A stretch of DNA of 58,702 nt, filler included, from Sphacelaria rigidula (Eukaryota): the NCBI GenBank assembly GCA_964200075.2. It is 8 parts of 8 records of this genome, joined end to end, with 100 filler letters (N's around TTAATTAATTAA, not from the genome) between each part and the next. Parts side by side here need not be neighbours in the genome. Positions count along the whole stretch, not along the records: positions 22,053 to 29,302 come from CAXNAA020015770.1; positions 29,403 to 36,652 come from CAXNAA020015771.1; positions 36,753 to 44,002 come from CAXNAA020015772.1; 5 more parts are not named here. The stretch is one strand, 5' to 3'. A model generated the notes under the pieces. The model had not been told where the DNA came from. It worked only from the letters and a program-made list of their open reading frames with translations, and did not search any database. Position 1 is the first letter of the stretch. Every line of letters starts with the position of its first letter. Position numbers and translations under genes: made by a program. Positions 22,591 to 37,130 of the stretch are shown piece after piece.

Positions 22591-25500
22591 GAGGGGGTCC
22601 CGCCGGAGGCAAAAAAAATCCGCCACTTGGCTTTACAACTCTTCAAAAACATGTGAAAATTCTAGCCTGTAAGGAATGGCACTTCGAGTGCGCAATCGGT
22701 GCAGAAAGAAAGGGGAACGAAGCAGAGAAAAAGCGGAAATTTCATTAGCCCTTTTGGGACTGAAGCTCAATCATAAGGGGTTCACTATGAGTAAAGTAAT
22801 AATAAACAAGTCTGGGAGTGACCTGCCCAATCAGGGCGAGGCGAAATTTATCGACCACATCCGAACGACCAGTGGGGGGGGCTGTCGCCGGGAGTTGTGT
22901 AACTGCCAAGTTGGTGTGTGTACCCCGTCCCTGGCCCACAAAAAAGCCTTCGAAGCAAAAGAGAGCCCAAGTGGTCGGGGCTCGGTTTCCCGATTTTTTC
23001 ATCACTTACTTGCATTATATATAGCATTATATAGGTTCGACCTCCACTCCCACAATTTTTTTGGGTCACTATCCTATAGTAAAACCTATTATAGTTGATA
23101 ACACTGACACATACTGCTCGTTGGAAATTCGGGAATAAATGTACCCTACTGTATATGTGGTCATGTTCACAAGGCGAGTGAATCTAGCAACGCTGTGGGA
23201 CGAGAGACGGAGCTAGAGGCATGAGTTCTGCGTATCCCTCTGTCGAAGCGGTACAAGCGGCGGTGAGGTCGTATGTGATCGACGGGAACGAACAAGCTGT
23301 GTATAGACAGCTGATCTCCGTCGCGGAGAACTAACTGCCCAGAACGTGTGAAGGAGTATGCAGCGGCAGCTGCCGCTGCATTCGAAGAGGTGTACTGTAC
23401 TGTATCTGCGGCGCGACGCCGATGCCATTCGAAGAGAATTTGCCGCTTGCAACAAAGGGGGACATCGAGGCCCACCCCGATCAGAAAGGACTGTGTGGCA
23501 AGGTAATGGGGACAACACCAAGGCCACAAGTGGCGATCGGCAGTTGCCACATCCTGTTGGAAGCTCTCCACCGCGACTCATACTGCTTGATACATCTGTA
23601 CATTACCTGGTGCGCACAACACCCAAATTATAGTACAGACATTACCTTCACCTGAAATTGATTGGATAAAACTTTCGGCCTTCCTCTAACCCTGCGGTTA
23701 CGTACATACGTGGATTGTTAGCAACATGAACCCACTTTTTCACCCATATGCAGCACACGTCATTCTCAACCAGCCTCATTGGTCGTTCTGGAGGCCCAGC
23801 CCCAAAAGGGTTAATCTTCGTCACGTGAATCATCATAAAAAAAGCGCCGAAAAACACTCCGCGCGTTTTCTAATCAAGAAGGTGTAGAAACGTCCCACAA
23901 ATCATCGCAAGAGCGCGACACGATCTGGTCATGGTACTATTGATAGTCTTGACTCCTCAGTGACTTGACCCGTCGGAACAGAACCAAACATTTTGGTACT
24001 TCCATGGCCAATATTCCCCTTCACCAGTCGCCACTGGACACTCAATACCCACAGGATGTAAGAGGTCGTACGTAGCGCAAACCAACGACATAGGTTCCCT
24101 TCTGATGTCTGATCCGTGGAAATGGTCGTGCCAAATCTCGACTCCATTCTGAAAGCATGAGCCCTCTGTGTTTTTTCGTGTCATCGGCAATCCCCAAGGT
24201 CGTTGGATCATGACAATATACGAGAACATCGACTAACGGATAGGATTCTCATTTTACATCAATAAATAATTCTTTGGGTTTTGACTCATATCGGGGGATA
24301 TAGTCCATCCAATTCGAAGTGAGGCCGGCCAGCTAAACAGTTATGCCAATGTAATTGAACCAGCAGCTAGGTCCCACCTGTAAACATTAACCATGTTCGT
24401 GTCACCGTTTTTCACCAACAGAGAATCAACACGGGAATCACAAAAAATCATGCAAACGCGCAACAGCTCAGGTTTTGCGACACATGGAACACAATTCTAC
24501 TGTGAACGCAACGTCCCCACATTCTGTAGCGCCGAAGCACACTCAACGGTAGAAAGACGTGATTGATACTTGAAGGAGCGAAGGATGGAACGAGGCTGCC
24601 GAACGGTAAGAAACGTAAAAGAAACGCTTTACACTCGGTGGAAAGGCCGATCACCGCATCAGAAAGGACACGTAACCACGCCGCCGCGTGTGCAAAAAAT
24701 GAGAAAACAGGTAGACGGCAAAGAAACCCAACAGAAACTGCGGTTAATTTGTCATCTGCTTTGCTGCCACAGAAGAATATCTCATAACTACGTAACGTTT
24801 TTATGTACTGTAGCACTGAGACAGGCAGCAGTATCCGGACGCGGCAAAAGATGAACGATAGAGAGTACTCGTAATTGGCTACCGTCGGAGCACATTAAAG
24901 GAACGAAGTCAAAGCACTTAAGAGAAATTATGGGTATGCAAGCAGAATCTGCCCTCACCGTTATAGAGAGAACTCCAACAGAAATAACCACACAATACCC
25001 CAATCTACCGTACTGCCAAAGCATGCAGCAATGTACGGGTGTAGCAATGAAATCACGCAACTTGCAGTATTCGGTTGTCAGCTCCAAAGCAAAGCCGTAA
25101 ACGTGTCGGAGTAAGATGCTCTACACGATACAAGAGGAGCCTTTACGATTCAGTTCGAGATACCAAAAGGAACGGTTCGGGGACCAGTACTGTAGCCAGT
25201 GTGATTCAGCCCAGCTGGAATGGATATGTAGCTCCGTATTGAAAATCCTATCGGTGGGGTCAGAGAGAGGGTTCATAGAGAGAGGGTTCAGGGAGATGGG
25301 AATAAAACAAAGTTCAACGGATAGGGTGTCGGCGCACGCGCAAGACCGCGAACCACCACCTTTATCAGCTTCCCACCTGGTACCCTACTAAACTAGGCAA
25401 AGGCTCATCCCGAATATCCAGCAGCGGTATTACGACAACCATTGTAGACATGGTGTAGTGGCCGATAAGAGAGGGTTGAAAGGGAAACGAACATGAGATT

Positions 25501-26057
25501 AATAAAGGGAAACCATCACCCACTCTTGAGGTACGCCGACGACACATCGTCTTGGAGAGGCCGTAAGACTATAATAGCTGCTGACATACAGGTTCCGTGT
25601 ATTGCAGCGCCGAAGCAAACTTGATGAGCGTAGCCAATGCACGGGAGAAAACCCGGGGACCCACGCACTATCTTAATGTACTGCGGTCCCCAAGTAGGCA
25701 GCGATGTACGAACGTAACCTGTAACACAAGAAAAACAAAAATCGTATTGCCTGGGGCGGACAATAAGCATGGGTCGTCTTTCTCGACTTTTAGCATCATC
25801 CCGATAATCTGGGTGCGCCGATATGGCAGTGCACCCTGCTGAATTTTTATCGGTTGAGCAAATAAAAAAGATGAATGCAATTATTGTGAGTATTGTTGCA
25901 GCTATTGATCCTCTTGGAACCGTTGATGGAAACGTGACGATTCACAAACTCCCATATGTGACCTTTCGGCACCGGGAAAACGTCAGTTGAGTTCGGTGCT
26001 CGAACCTGTAACATTAATATACTTGAACTGAGAGTGGTGCACCGTTTTGGGGGGCTG

Positions 26058-26093
26058 CATCATCATCATCACCATCATCACCATCATCATCAC
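26058..26093. repeat. (CAT/CAC)n microsatellite
   Basis: Seen directly. Confidence 0.9.
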
Positions 26094-26989
26094 CAACACT
26101 TGCAGAAAAACAACCACATCTTGCCCAAGAAAACGTCAATTGTAAATCGTCACTTTTCCATCAACGGTTCCAAAAGGGTTAAGAATACACGCACAAGAAA
26201 GTGTAGGCCAGTCTCTCACGTCTTCTGTGACATCACGAAGCAAAAGTCAGTCCATCGCTAGTGACAACGAACCCGCAAAGCGGTAAAGCGACGGGGTAGC
26301 GCTCCTTGCGTGTGATTGCTCAAGAACTTGCTGCTGTGTGAGCAGCTAGGTACAGATGGTGTGCGTAGCCAGGTGCCAAACAGTTTGGCTTTCGACCTAC
26401 AAGAGGTCACTCTCTATCGCGTTTTATCGCGTTTTCGTCATACTCCAAAATCTTGGAAACGTGAATGCTCAAAAACGCTACTGCGTCGTCACTCCCCGAA
26501 ATCTCGTTGGATGGGTACCAGGAAAAGGTATCGGGCTGGAGGCCGAGCAAGATCTATGGGTCAGACTCCTGTCAACGTCCACGGCGTCTAGGCCAAGAGA
26601 CTGCCATTTCCTGTCAAAACCCGCCTTTGATCACTCCATGTTTGATAATGCTTCTTTCGTCACGTCTGCATTCTAGTGTTTCGTGTGGAACAGCAACGAA
26701 AGTGAACATCTCGCCTCCCCCCGGTCCTGACTTGCCCCCCTCCCCTCCCCTCGCGTCAACAAAATATGTTGAGCTTTGACGAGGAGCTGCACAAGGGGTG
26801 GGGAAAGGTACGGTATCGGGATTGATGTTCGCGGATAATTTCGTGGGGGTATCAGAAACACCAGAAGGGTTGCACAAACAGAGAAGGAGCTAGGATACAG
26901 TAGGAAATGGAGAATGACAGCGAATGTGAACAAATGCGCAGTAGTCGCATGTAACGAAGATAAAGAGAACCAGTGTACATACCTTGGCG

Positions 26990-27711
26990 CAGATATCTTG
27001 AAAATCCGTTCTTGGGACGTACACATAGACAAATTAAAAGGAAAGAGTACGGCACAGATAGGCTAGATGGACGGGATCCTGAGAGACTCGCCCCTGGGTA
27101 CCAGGGTTATGATATGCATTCTGGCGAATGTGAATGCACCGAAGCTAAGATATGCAGGACAAGTATGGAAAGCGAACGCAAAGTTGGGAAAGCAGCTGGG
27201 AGTAGTACACGTGTTAGCAGCTAGGAAATTACTTGGATGCTAAAATGACGAGTAAATGCAGTATTAGGAACAGATTTGGGAATGTATCCACAAAACAAAT
27301 AGACACGATAAAATGCAAATGGTAATATAACGTAAGGAACATGCCATTAAACAGGTTGCCAGTCATTGTGGATAGGGTTGTGTGGAAGAAAGTAACGAAA
27401 TGGCAGGCTGGAATAAGGTGAGAAAGCGTGGTTGAAACAGTCTGGAGGGATACAGGAGTGAACCAAGACGAAATAATGTGCGTGGGTGAATGTGGCGGGT
27501 ACAAGGGGAAAGTAAGAGACAAAATAGAAACAAGGAGATTACACGAGGAAGAGCACCTGACTATATACGGAGGGTTGAGAGAAGGGATAGGGATAAAAAC
27601 ATGTCCGCACGACTCAATGGACTACGTGAAAAAACTGAAAGTACAGTACCATTTCGGGTGGGGAACCTGGACTTACCACAAAGAAGGAGGAGGCATATCA
27701 ATAGTCGGGTG
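26990..27711 (+). mobile_element. Degenerate LINE ORF2, C-terminal part
   Basis: SWDVHIDK...PKLRYAGQVW...LGMYP...KW*YNVRNMPLNRLPVIV...HLTIYGGL...FRVGNLDLPQRRRR, typical of the post-RT region of non-LTR elements. Many stops. Confidence 0.75.
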
Positions 27712-27713
27712 TA

Positions 27714-28248
27714 CAGTAGCGGGCGGTCCAACCATTTTGTGGCATCTTGTGATTTTTCGTAATCGGCGATTTTCTTGGGGGTCTTTTCGAATGCCACCGC
27801 TCATCACATTGGGTATCTCAAGATATTTGTATTCGCTCCACATTCCCCCACCCCAAAAAACTGTACTCAGTATTGAGTGACTGACGGGCTGACCGGTCAT
27901 CGGGGGTCCTGCCATGTTCCAGCCCAGATTCTTACACTTCGGTATTTTCGGTCGATCGAGCCTGTCCCGACCATGTTTGTGAAGAAATGTGCATTTTTTT
28001 TTACTACATCTGCTCATTGCACTAGAGCCGAAAAACTGTGTTTCACGGTCAACAACACCTCCTGATAAACGGGGTACTTACTCGTATCGCCCGATAACAC
28101 CAACTGACACTGACTTGGGCACTGTGTTTCGAGGATGATCTGTTCATTGTACCAAGATCTACCGACGCTAGCAATTTCGAGGTATATCGAAGAGTAGTAC
28201 GCGAGGACAACCCCAAAACACCCTGAATAGTTAGACCGCCTACTACTG
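27714..28248 (+). mobile_element. Tc1/mariner (pogo-like) MITE, copy 1
   Basis: TA|CAGTAGCGGGCGGTCCAAC ... GTTAGACCGCCTACTACTG|CA. Colinear with the copy at 44934-45482. Confidence 0.88.
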
Positions 28249-28499
28249 CAGGTGATGGCCACAGGTGGTGAAACAGAGAGGGGATAAGCTATGTGGAAGG
28301 TTGTGTAATATATACACGTTTTGATCCAATATTGTACTAAAAGCCACTGGCTACGTTCATACCCAAGTCAGAACACCGACCCAGCTTATATGTTCCCACA
28401 TTCTCGGATGACGTCGGTACTAGGCGACTAGCTGTGTAAAAACGCTATGTGCTACTCGTACCGTCACCCGAAAGTCGGTCACCAAGTGATTCACCACAC

Positions 28500-28636
28500 A
28501 TTTTTTTTCCCTTCCTATTCCTTCTTTTCTTCAGAGCGTGTTTTCAGTCTCGTTTTTCTTGAACACGTCTATCATGAGACCACGGGTGGATCAATGGGGG
28601 GTCACTTACAGTGCGACAATCAATCAATAAATCAAC
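28500..28636 (+). repeat. (CAAT)n-tailed repeat, family A, 3' fragment
   Basis: ...CAGAGCGTGTTTTCAGTCTCGTTTTTCTTG...AGTGCGACAATCAATCAAT. Confidence 0.75.
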
Positions 28637-29739
28637 CAATGCGTACACGCCGAGAAAACACCGGACGTTGAAGTCGATTGCTCTTACAAACTTACATAGT
28701 GCTACGGTGAAGTGTGCGCTCACCCGGAAGTTTGTATCTCCGCGTCGGTAGGAAATCCTTCCACCTTCACTCTGTTGCTCGCGCAACCATATCTCTGTCG
28801 CGGGGCTTACCGGCACCACCGGGATGCCATCGCCATTCAGTTCCCCCTTAGTCGTCGCAAGGAACGATTTCACTGCCGCTGGCACCAACTTACTGCTTCC
28901 TGCTTCCTCCACGTCAACGCTCACGGCCACGGCAAGGGGTGTCGAGGAGCCAAGACGCTCCTGGTCGCGGGCATTGATATTGGTGTCGGAGGCGTGAAGG
29001 TGGGGGGATGTGCTCACATCGTGTACACTTGAGCTCCTAGACCATTGACCATGACCTCTTAAGCAGACGGAGCATTGCTATCAAGAGAACGATCAAAATA
29101 ATCCCGTCTACTTCGCCATGAGTGGCTCGGAAAGGGAAAGTGGGGTGAACAAGGACCGGTGTAACAGTAAGACGCGACATTCTTGGACTAAAGTAGAGCA
29201 AGGCTGCAAGCGCATGGGAGGTTCATGCGGTACCTAGAGGGGGAGGGGGTGTACTCATGATCATGCATGCCATAGTCATAAGACCATTGGCCTCGCATCC
29301 CTNNNNNNNNNNNNNNNNNNNNNNNNNNNNNNNNNNNNNNNNNNNNTTAATTAATTAANNNNNNNNNNNNNNNNNNNNNNNNNNNNNNNNNNNNNNNNNN
29401 NNGACACTACCTGGGTGGGGGGGCACTCCCACCTTGGTGCCTGTCCATACATTCGCCGGACATGTCTACCCTCGGGTGGGCATGTCTGACGGGTGGAGCG
29501 ACTCGAAGCACTGTACGAAACTAGAAATGGCGAAGTGTATGGTTTAAGGTTCCTTCCTGTCCTCTGCGGACAAAAACTAAATGATGAATGGCGTTGAACG
29601 AACGCGGCGGGTAGTCAGAGTGCCCAAGTCAGAGCGAAATCGACCGCGAACTCGTCGATAGTAATGATGTGAGAATATCTTTCCGCGAGCCAGTTACGAC
29701 AATGGGAATAGTGAAGTCCTCGAGGCAAATCGCACTCAC

Positions 29740-29854
29740 GGAAAGGTTGCCACCACCCTCTGTGACGCGTGCGTCTAGCCCACCCGGTAGCATCGTCACG
29801 TGATGCTTCATCTGTACGGCTTCCAACGCCTCCCACATGGCCGCGTCGGCGTGC
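29740..29854 (-). CDS. ABCC/MRP-type ABC transporter, NBD2 exon leading into the ABC signature
   Basis: AG/GT-bounded exon encoding [38 protein letters not shown]. Phase-compatible with the previous exon. Confidence 0.93.
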
Positions 29855-30232
29855 CTGCCATGTACGGTTCACACGTGAGGATTCCACTTGATACGTCAAT
29901 AAGCCACGTCGGATTTCAAAAGCTAGGGGGTTCCTGTAGGACTTCCTTCCCTGCCCTACTAGTGGTCGCCAACTCTCCTTAACTTGTAACTTCATCTCCT
30001 TTATCTGGCGACATTCCTGATTCCCCTTGCTCGGTTTTTCTGTTTCTCTTCTCTCTTCCTGTTTCCCTGCCCTTTTTCTCTAGGAAGGTGATTTCAGCAC
30101 GAAACTATGAGCAGACTAGTTGGATGAGAAACTTTACCACAATATCTAGCATACCCCTCTTGCCGATGCCTATGTGAGTCATGTGCTCGCGGGAGCGTAA
30201 CCGGGCACAAGTATTGTCAACCGCGACTCTCA

Positions 30233-30415
<183 letters not shown>

Positions 30416-30755
30416 TTACCGCCGAAAACAACGGTACCGTGTGAAATATAGCAAGTCCTACGGCTCAAGTAGTATCTCATGCGCCTACCCCGTTCTAGGA
30501 CTCGCACGTATATCGCTTCGACCCCAACACATTAGGTTTGGCTAAGAAACGGAACAACGTTGAGTGACACGTCCAGCATACGGCGTGTGCCCTCTGTATG
30601 TTATGGTTTTTCCTTTGAGCTTGCCATGATAGATGCGGTTCCCAAAGGGTTACGAAACCACGTTATTAGGGCGACAGGGAGGCGAACGTTGCACAGACTA
30701 CAGGGCCCAGAAGGGTCCAGACTAGCGACAACCTGAAATACAGCTAGCTTCCTCA

Positions 30756-31127
<372 letters not shown>

Positions 31128-31585
31128 CTAGACGTATTTCGACATCCATTTAGAGCGTTTTACCAAGGCAAGACAAGTCAATCAAAATATCAGCCGGGGT
31201 ACCAGGCAGACCGGAAAAGGGGGAGCGGACTACTCACACGGTTTACGTGTGCAGCTATTGCTGCAGTCTAGAAATAAGGTTTGGAGATGGTCTTTCCAGT
31301 GCGGCAGGCATTCGTGCAGGTCTACAATAGACACCACATGGCGAGTAGAGCAACGTGCTTAAACTACGTAAGTGCAGCAAAAGATGAAAGTTCACTGTGA
31401 CAATAGTGAACATAGTCAGATTTCAAGCGTTTGGCATTAGGTCGTTGTAGTAGCCGTGAGGCTGGTCCGACGTGGCCCGTTCTTCTAATCATTGGTCGAG
31501 CATTTGAAACCTGTAGGCAGCCTTCATCATGCTATGCGCACACTGTACTGCCTACACCTCTACTTCAATACGCAAACCCCTTTAC

Positions 31586-31711
31586 CTCAATGCTGCCCCT
31601 TGTTGGCCATTCATCGGCGGGTTTATTCTCAGGTTTGGACTCCAAGCTAGCTTCCTGATCCAACCTGCAGTACGCCAGGATGCGCTCGACTGACACCATC
31701 TGGTTTTCAAC
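31586..31711 (-). CDS. ABCC/MRP-type ABC transporter, TMD2-NBD2 linker exon
   Basis: 126-nt exon encoding VENQMVSVERILAYCRLDQEASLESKPENKPADEWPTRGSIE. Confidence 0.95.
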
Positions 31712-32356
31712 CTAATGTTGTGTCACGGAAATGATTTCCACAATCCCCATCAAGATGAGCGTGCACGGTACCAGAGACGTGTATTTGAAGAAGTGCATCT
31801 ACTGAAAACGTGTTGCTCTGAGACTGCGCCAGATCGACTCTCCTGTGCTCTGAGTGGATATTTCAAAACAGTGCATGGAATCTGTGATTGAACACTAGGC
31901 AGGCTGACGGTATGCACTACGGTACGGTGTACATATAACCTGCTGTCTGGACGCCTAGATGAGTCGATACTTTCAAACATTTGCAATAAAGACAGCGACG
32001 CCTCCCGAATGCAACGAAGAATCAACGAATGAATAAGCGACTTCTGCGTTTCTCTGAATTCCGGAAGAGATTTTCACGTTTAGCGATGTCATTGTGGAGC
32101 ATACATCCAAACAAAACGCCGCGTAGAACAGCAACGATACCGTTGGTGCCCTTCCTTTGAGTATGCACTTTAACCCGGTCCTCGTGGGACAAGACGTGTC
32201 CTGAAGGGACGCTTTGAAAGCGTACAACATTGACCGCAAGTCCGTGTAGAAACTGGTTTGACAATACGCCCACGCTTCCTTCTTTAGTCTCATGAGATGT
32301 TACTGGTAGTACGGCATCGACCGACTTTTTCGTATCTTCGACCACTTCATGCCTAC

Positions 32357-32439
32357 CTCGGCAGCTTGTCTGACGGCCCACTGAAACATACCGCCCAGCT
32401 GGACAACGTATACCAAAGCCACTCCCAACAGGCCAGCGT
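32357..32439 (-). CDS. ABCC/MRP-type ABC transporter, last TM helix exon
   Basis: DAGLLGVALVYVVQLGGMFQWAVRQAAE, ABCC4-like. AG/GT boundaries. Confidence 0.93.
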
Positions 32440-32889
32440 CTGCATGCGGCAAACAAGTACGATGAGGAAGCTTTGAGGTCGAGGTTCGCGGTTCGAGATG
32501 GAGGGCAGAGCTAAGGATAGGGCTACATCGTAACAGGAGGTGTGCAAGGGGTGGTGTAATACACAACAGACAACAGAGGATGGAAATGCTTATTTTTACA
32601 ACGACCGCTACAAATTTGTTTCGTGACTGTCTCGTCTTTCATATAAGACTAGTCTCACAACTTGGGGCAGCAAAACTGTCTCCTGCGACTTCTCATCCGG
32701 CGTTCGAGGGTTAAACCTAAATTTCTAGGTGAGGTGCCATTTGACTTCGTATCGAGAGGTCGTCGCTAGGACTTCTCCGGACATCTCTAACAGTTAGTTC
32801 AACTCGACTGGCGTTTCGACAAAAACATGACCTGTCCTCCTCTCGGGTAAAAAATGACACATTCCCTGCGGTATCCGTCGAATTGTCGA

Positions 32890-33150
32890 TCCGCATCTCT
32901 CCTTTTTTTCTCTGCTTTGTTTTCGATCGACCATTCCTTTCTGTGCTTTGCTTTCGTTGACTTTTCCTTTTTTGTTTTTCACGTCTTAGTCTACTTTGTC
33001 GTTCTGTTCGACTTTTGCTGTTCCTTCATTTTCTTCAGCGAATGTTTTCAGTCTTGTTTTTTCTTGGGTACGTCCATACGTCCATCATGTGACGCCGGCT
33101 GGATCCCTGGGGCGTCAGTTAGAGTGCGGCAATCAATCAATCAATCAATC
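32890..33150 (+). repeat. (CAAT)n-tailed repeat, family A (retroposon-like 3' end), upstream of the first visible ABCC exon and probably intronic
   Basis: Pyrimidine-rich body followed by GGCTGGATCCCTGGGGCGTCAGTTAGAGTGCGGCAATCAATCAATCAATC. Confidence 0.75.
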
Positions 33151-36100
33151 GATCATATCAAATCATTGAAATTCATCTTCAGTGACTTGTGTTGTTCGGA
33201 CCATATTCTGCGGCGTCTGACGGTATGTCAGCAAAACCGTCCAATTTCCCCACGTTGTTTCTCTTCCAAAGAAGGCCACAATACACTGCCTTCGTATCTC
33301 CGGTGCCTTCCTCACAGGACTCTCGCTCCACCACCTCTTGGTCGAACCGAAACAATTTCGATCCTCCTTACGGCACCTTGCACTCGGAGTGTGTAGTGCT
33401 CGATGTCCAACCCCCATTTGTCTCAGCAAGGACTGTACTCTACGCGTAGTCCCGAGGGGGTTCCATGGTGGACCGACTTGATAGTAACGTTGTGGATGGG
33501 CTCGAAGCATCTACACCCAGCAACACCTCGTGGGGTGTGATGGCGAGCTGCACATGCCGTACGTGGACCGCAGTTCGTGGCACGTAGAGTGCATTTCTAG
33601 TGTAAAAATATGATACCTTGTTTATCTCTCCAAGGGAAACATGAGGGCGAAGGCGTCATTCTGTGTGTCACAAGAGCTCAAAACCCTCAACTTGGGCGAG
33701 CGACGAGGTAGATTGATTGTGTGCCACACTCCGGAGTACGTGTACGACGGCAAGGATCCCACACTGTGTGCTACGTCCAGAGTCATTTTAATCTCAAGTA
33801 GCAGGATCAATCCGTGTCATTTCCTATGTCGGCGAATCGCTGCCCGCCCGCACTCCCCCACACAACACCTGCCATTACCCTAAATACTTGCCCAACCGTC
33901 AATCGGGGATACTGTTTCGGACGATGGTCTCTCGCGCCCGAGAGAGTACCTAGCCTTACCTCACTGATCGACAGGTTTTTGCTGGAATAATTTCTGGCAC
34001 CACGAACACACAAGAGAGCCGATCCATTGGGCCAACAACAACCGCTGACAATTTGAACTTGAAACAATTATTCTCTCGCCAGACAAGCCAAATCTTTACG
34101 CTCATCTCGCACAAATGAATGTCACAAGCACGACTGGGACAGTCTGCAGATTGGGAATCCCCCAAATGGGGACATGACGGAAGACAGAATATGATTCTGC
34201 TCATCTGCCGGTGACTGTCGTTGTAATAAGAAGCCAAATATTGAGACGGCGTCGTCACCGCATTGTAGGTGTAGTTCTTCGTTGGGGATTTCCTGTGTGA
34301 TGGAATATTTGGTGATAATGAGCTTTTCGCTCCACCCTCTAAGTGCCATCTTATGTTCTGCGCAGCGAGCACTACCCTTAAAAATATCTGCAGACTTGAT
34401 ATAGGTGCCGCCCCAACGAGAGGGATAACTTACCTCGACTGTTCGTCGAGGACTCATGGCATTGTCGCATTGGTTACACCAAACGAGAGATCTACCTACT
34501 CAGTGACGACGAGGTCCTAGGTTCATATCCCGGCCGATTCCTTCGATGAAAAACGTCAGCCGGAGTCAAGACGACAAAAGGAAATCACAAAGGTACGAGT
34601 AAACTGGTCTGCAGAGACTGTTGACTTGTGTACCCTTTACACGCAAGTCATATATGACAGAAAAGTGTACATATTTATCCTACCCGCTAGCCGGCAAAAT
34701 CCCTTACCCCTTCAAGTCCCCTCTCGTCACGAATACGCACGACGATGCTCAAAGCGGAGGGGGTGATGTTAATACTACCCCATAGAAAGGATAAATGACC
34801 ATATATTTAAGTATGCGTATACCTTTCGAGGACTTTTAACATTTTCACATCTATAACTCTATTAAAAACACGCTAGCGTGACTTTCGATGGGCTGGTGGA
34901 GTGGCGCTTATTGCATGCCAGATGACGGGAGCACAGCACAGCGATCCGAGAACGGTTCCCACGAGGGGAACCGATGTTCCAATGGGCCATGGGAAGGGTT
35001 TGTAATACTGATTGGAATCAATATTAGATGTTGAAATATCTCCTCGAAGCGGTCGAATCGATAACAGAAGACAGGGAGCGCCGTCGCAGCTCCCAGAGTT
35101 GGTAGGGCGGAGGGGAGTGTAAGTTGTGGCGATGCTGGAGTTTCTTGCCTTGATTCAGAACCACGGGGATCGGTCACGACATCAACAGATTTTGATGCAA
35201 GTTAGGCAACACTCGGTGCGTCGCTCGGTCTTAGATCAGCGTACCCAGGAGTGGAGGCAGAAACAATGCGAACAAGTTCAATAGCTGAATACAACTCAAG
35301 TCCCGCAGGCTGTACTAGGTTGCGACATCGTTATACAGGGGAAACTGGGTTGGGACACCCAATAATAAACGTATTCAATGTATTGGTTGATCGTCGCACA
35401 TAACTTGATTCCCGGGGAAGCTACTCGCCAAGCCTTGTTCATCATCCACAAGATTGGCGTACCCATGGCAAACGAAACGGAAGCACTCGCTGAAGAGCGC
35501 TCGAGAAGGTAAAGGGACAAGACTGAAGAAAAAGAAGATAAAATAACAGTGAGCAGAAACGAGAAAAACCAAAATCAAAGGCGTGCGGTCCTAATGTAGC
35601 GGGTGTGCATGCAAGCATAGCAGAATACGCGAATCGCATGCCGCTTGGAAACACAAGCATTCGGCTTGCTGCGAGCATGCGCAGTGTCTGCGCTAAATAA
35701 GGGCGACGAGTAGAGAAGTGTGCAGGACGCGCAGCGTTTCCCCGCGATCCACTCCGGCAAGCACGGTTGATGATGCTCCTATCGACGAGGGGGGTGTCGT
35801 GGAGCTGGGTGTACCTATAAGAAGTACATGAGGGTAAACCTGGCATAGTTTTTAGTTTCTGTAGATCAGGGGATCACGGGTGCGGTAGCTGACACACCCT
35901 TCGCAAGGCAGGATCTGGTTCTTTAGGACGAGAAGAAATTGACAAGCGCCATTGACACGTACGTGCGTGGTAACTGGAGCCACGTGACTACTGATCGACG
36001 TCACATTTGTGTTTCACACGTCTCGTAATCAAACATGTGTTCACTCAAAAGAGGAAATATTTGCTACTGCGTCAGCATAGTTAATCCTATCTTCACTCCT

Positions 36101-36774
36101 CCCCTGAGGTCAAATATTGCCGTCATACCCTCAGAACGCCTTACCACAGACTCACATTCACCTCGAAAGACTTACGGACCGCGAAGTCAGGCTCCACGGT
36201 CACTCTAAGCTCGTCTGGTGCGTACGTGGCAGAAGCCAAGTGTAAGCTTATCCCGTGCTCCGCACTTCCGCAACGGGAAAATACACTCAAGGTAAGCAGT
36301 GCGCATCTTGTAACTGATTCTGAACAACTGGTACGGAGATTCATATATTGGAATAGCTCTTTGGTGCAACGCATTTCCGCGCATCCGAATCCCAGGATAC
36401 TCCAGCGAAAGTCAAGTCCAAGCTCGAGGTGTTCGCTCGGGGCAAAATATTCTCCATCAGCCCATCATTAGTCGGCTTGTGTCCCTTCCCTCCGATTACT
36501 TTGCTGTAAGAGACAACCGCCCAATATAACGGGATTCCTTGAATTCTAGGGTACGTTCTGTCATCAGCGACACGTTTCTGTCTGGGAAGAACCCCGGACG
36601 TGGCAAAGGGGGGGGGGGGGGGGGGCCCCCTTTGTTGTTTGCCTTTGTCGTTNNNNNNNNNNNNNNNNNNNNNNNNNNNNNNNNNNNNNNNNNNNNTTAA
36701 TTAATTAANNNNNNNNNNNNNNNNNNNNNNNNNNNNNNNNNNNNNNNNNNNNATTGTCCTCCGTACACATCCCT

Positions 36775-37130
36775 GGTATCTACAAGGCTTGGGTGTGTAG
36801 GCAGTCTGTACTGCAAAGCGACGTCTGTTCGCAACAAGCTGCATGCACATAGACCTCAACTGAGCTGCAAGTTCGCTGCACTGTACAGAACAGACACTGG
36901 TGTTGTGTTGTACGCGTCGGATCTACCACAACAGTAGTAGCACTACAAATCTCATAGTCTCGTGTGTACTGTGAGTCCAGTCCTGTCTCTACAAGGCTCA
37001 GGTGCGTGGGCAGTCTGTAAAGCATTGCGACGGCTGTTGTTGACAACACGCTGCATGCACAGACATGAACTGAGCTACAATACTGTTCGGACGACATGCA
37101 GCTTAGACTGCCGTGTCTGTACAGCAGTCG
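36775..37130. repeat. Diverged tandem duplication, period about 210 bp
   Basis: TCTACAAGGCT..GGTG.GT.GGCAGTCTGTA...GCTGCATGCACA...AACTGAGCT.CAA occurs twice. Confidence 0.6.

Noticed and set aside
26034-26261. Poly-His ORF
   Set aside because: Translation of a CAT microsatellite with no other coding signal.
23167-26620. Several exon-like minus-strand segments
   Set aside because: In-frame stops, no consistent splice phase and no recognisable family.
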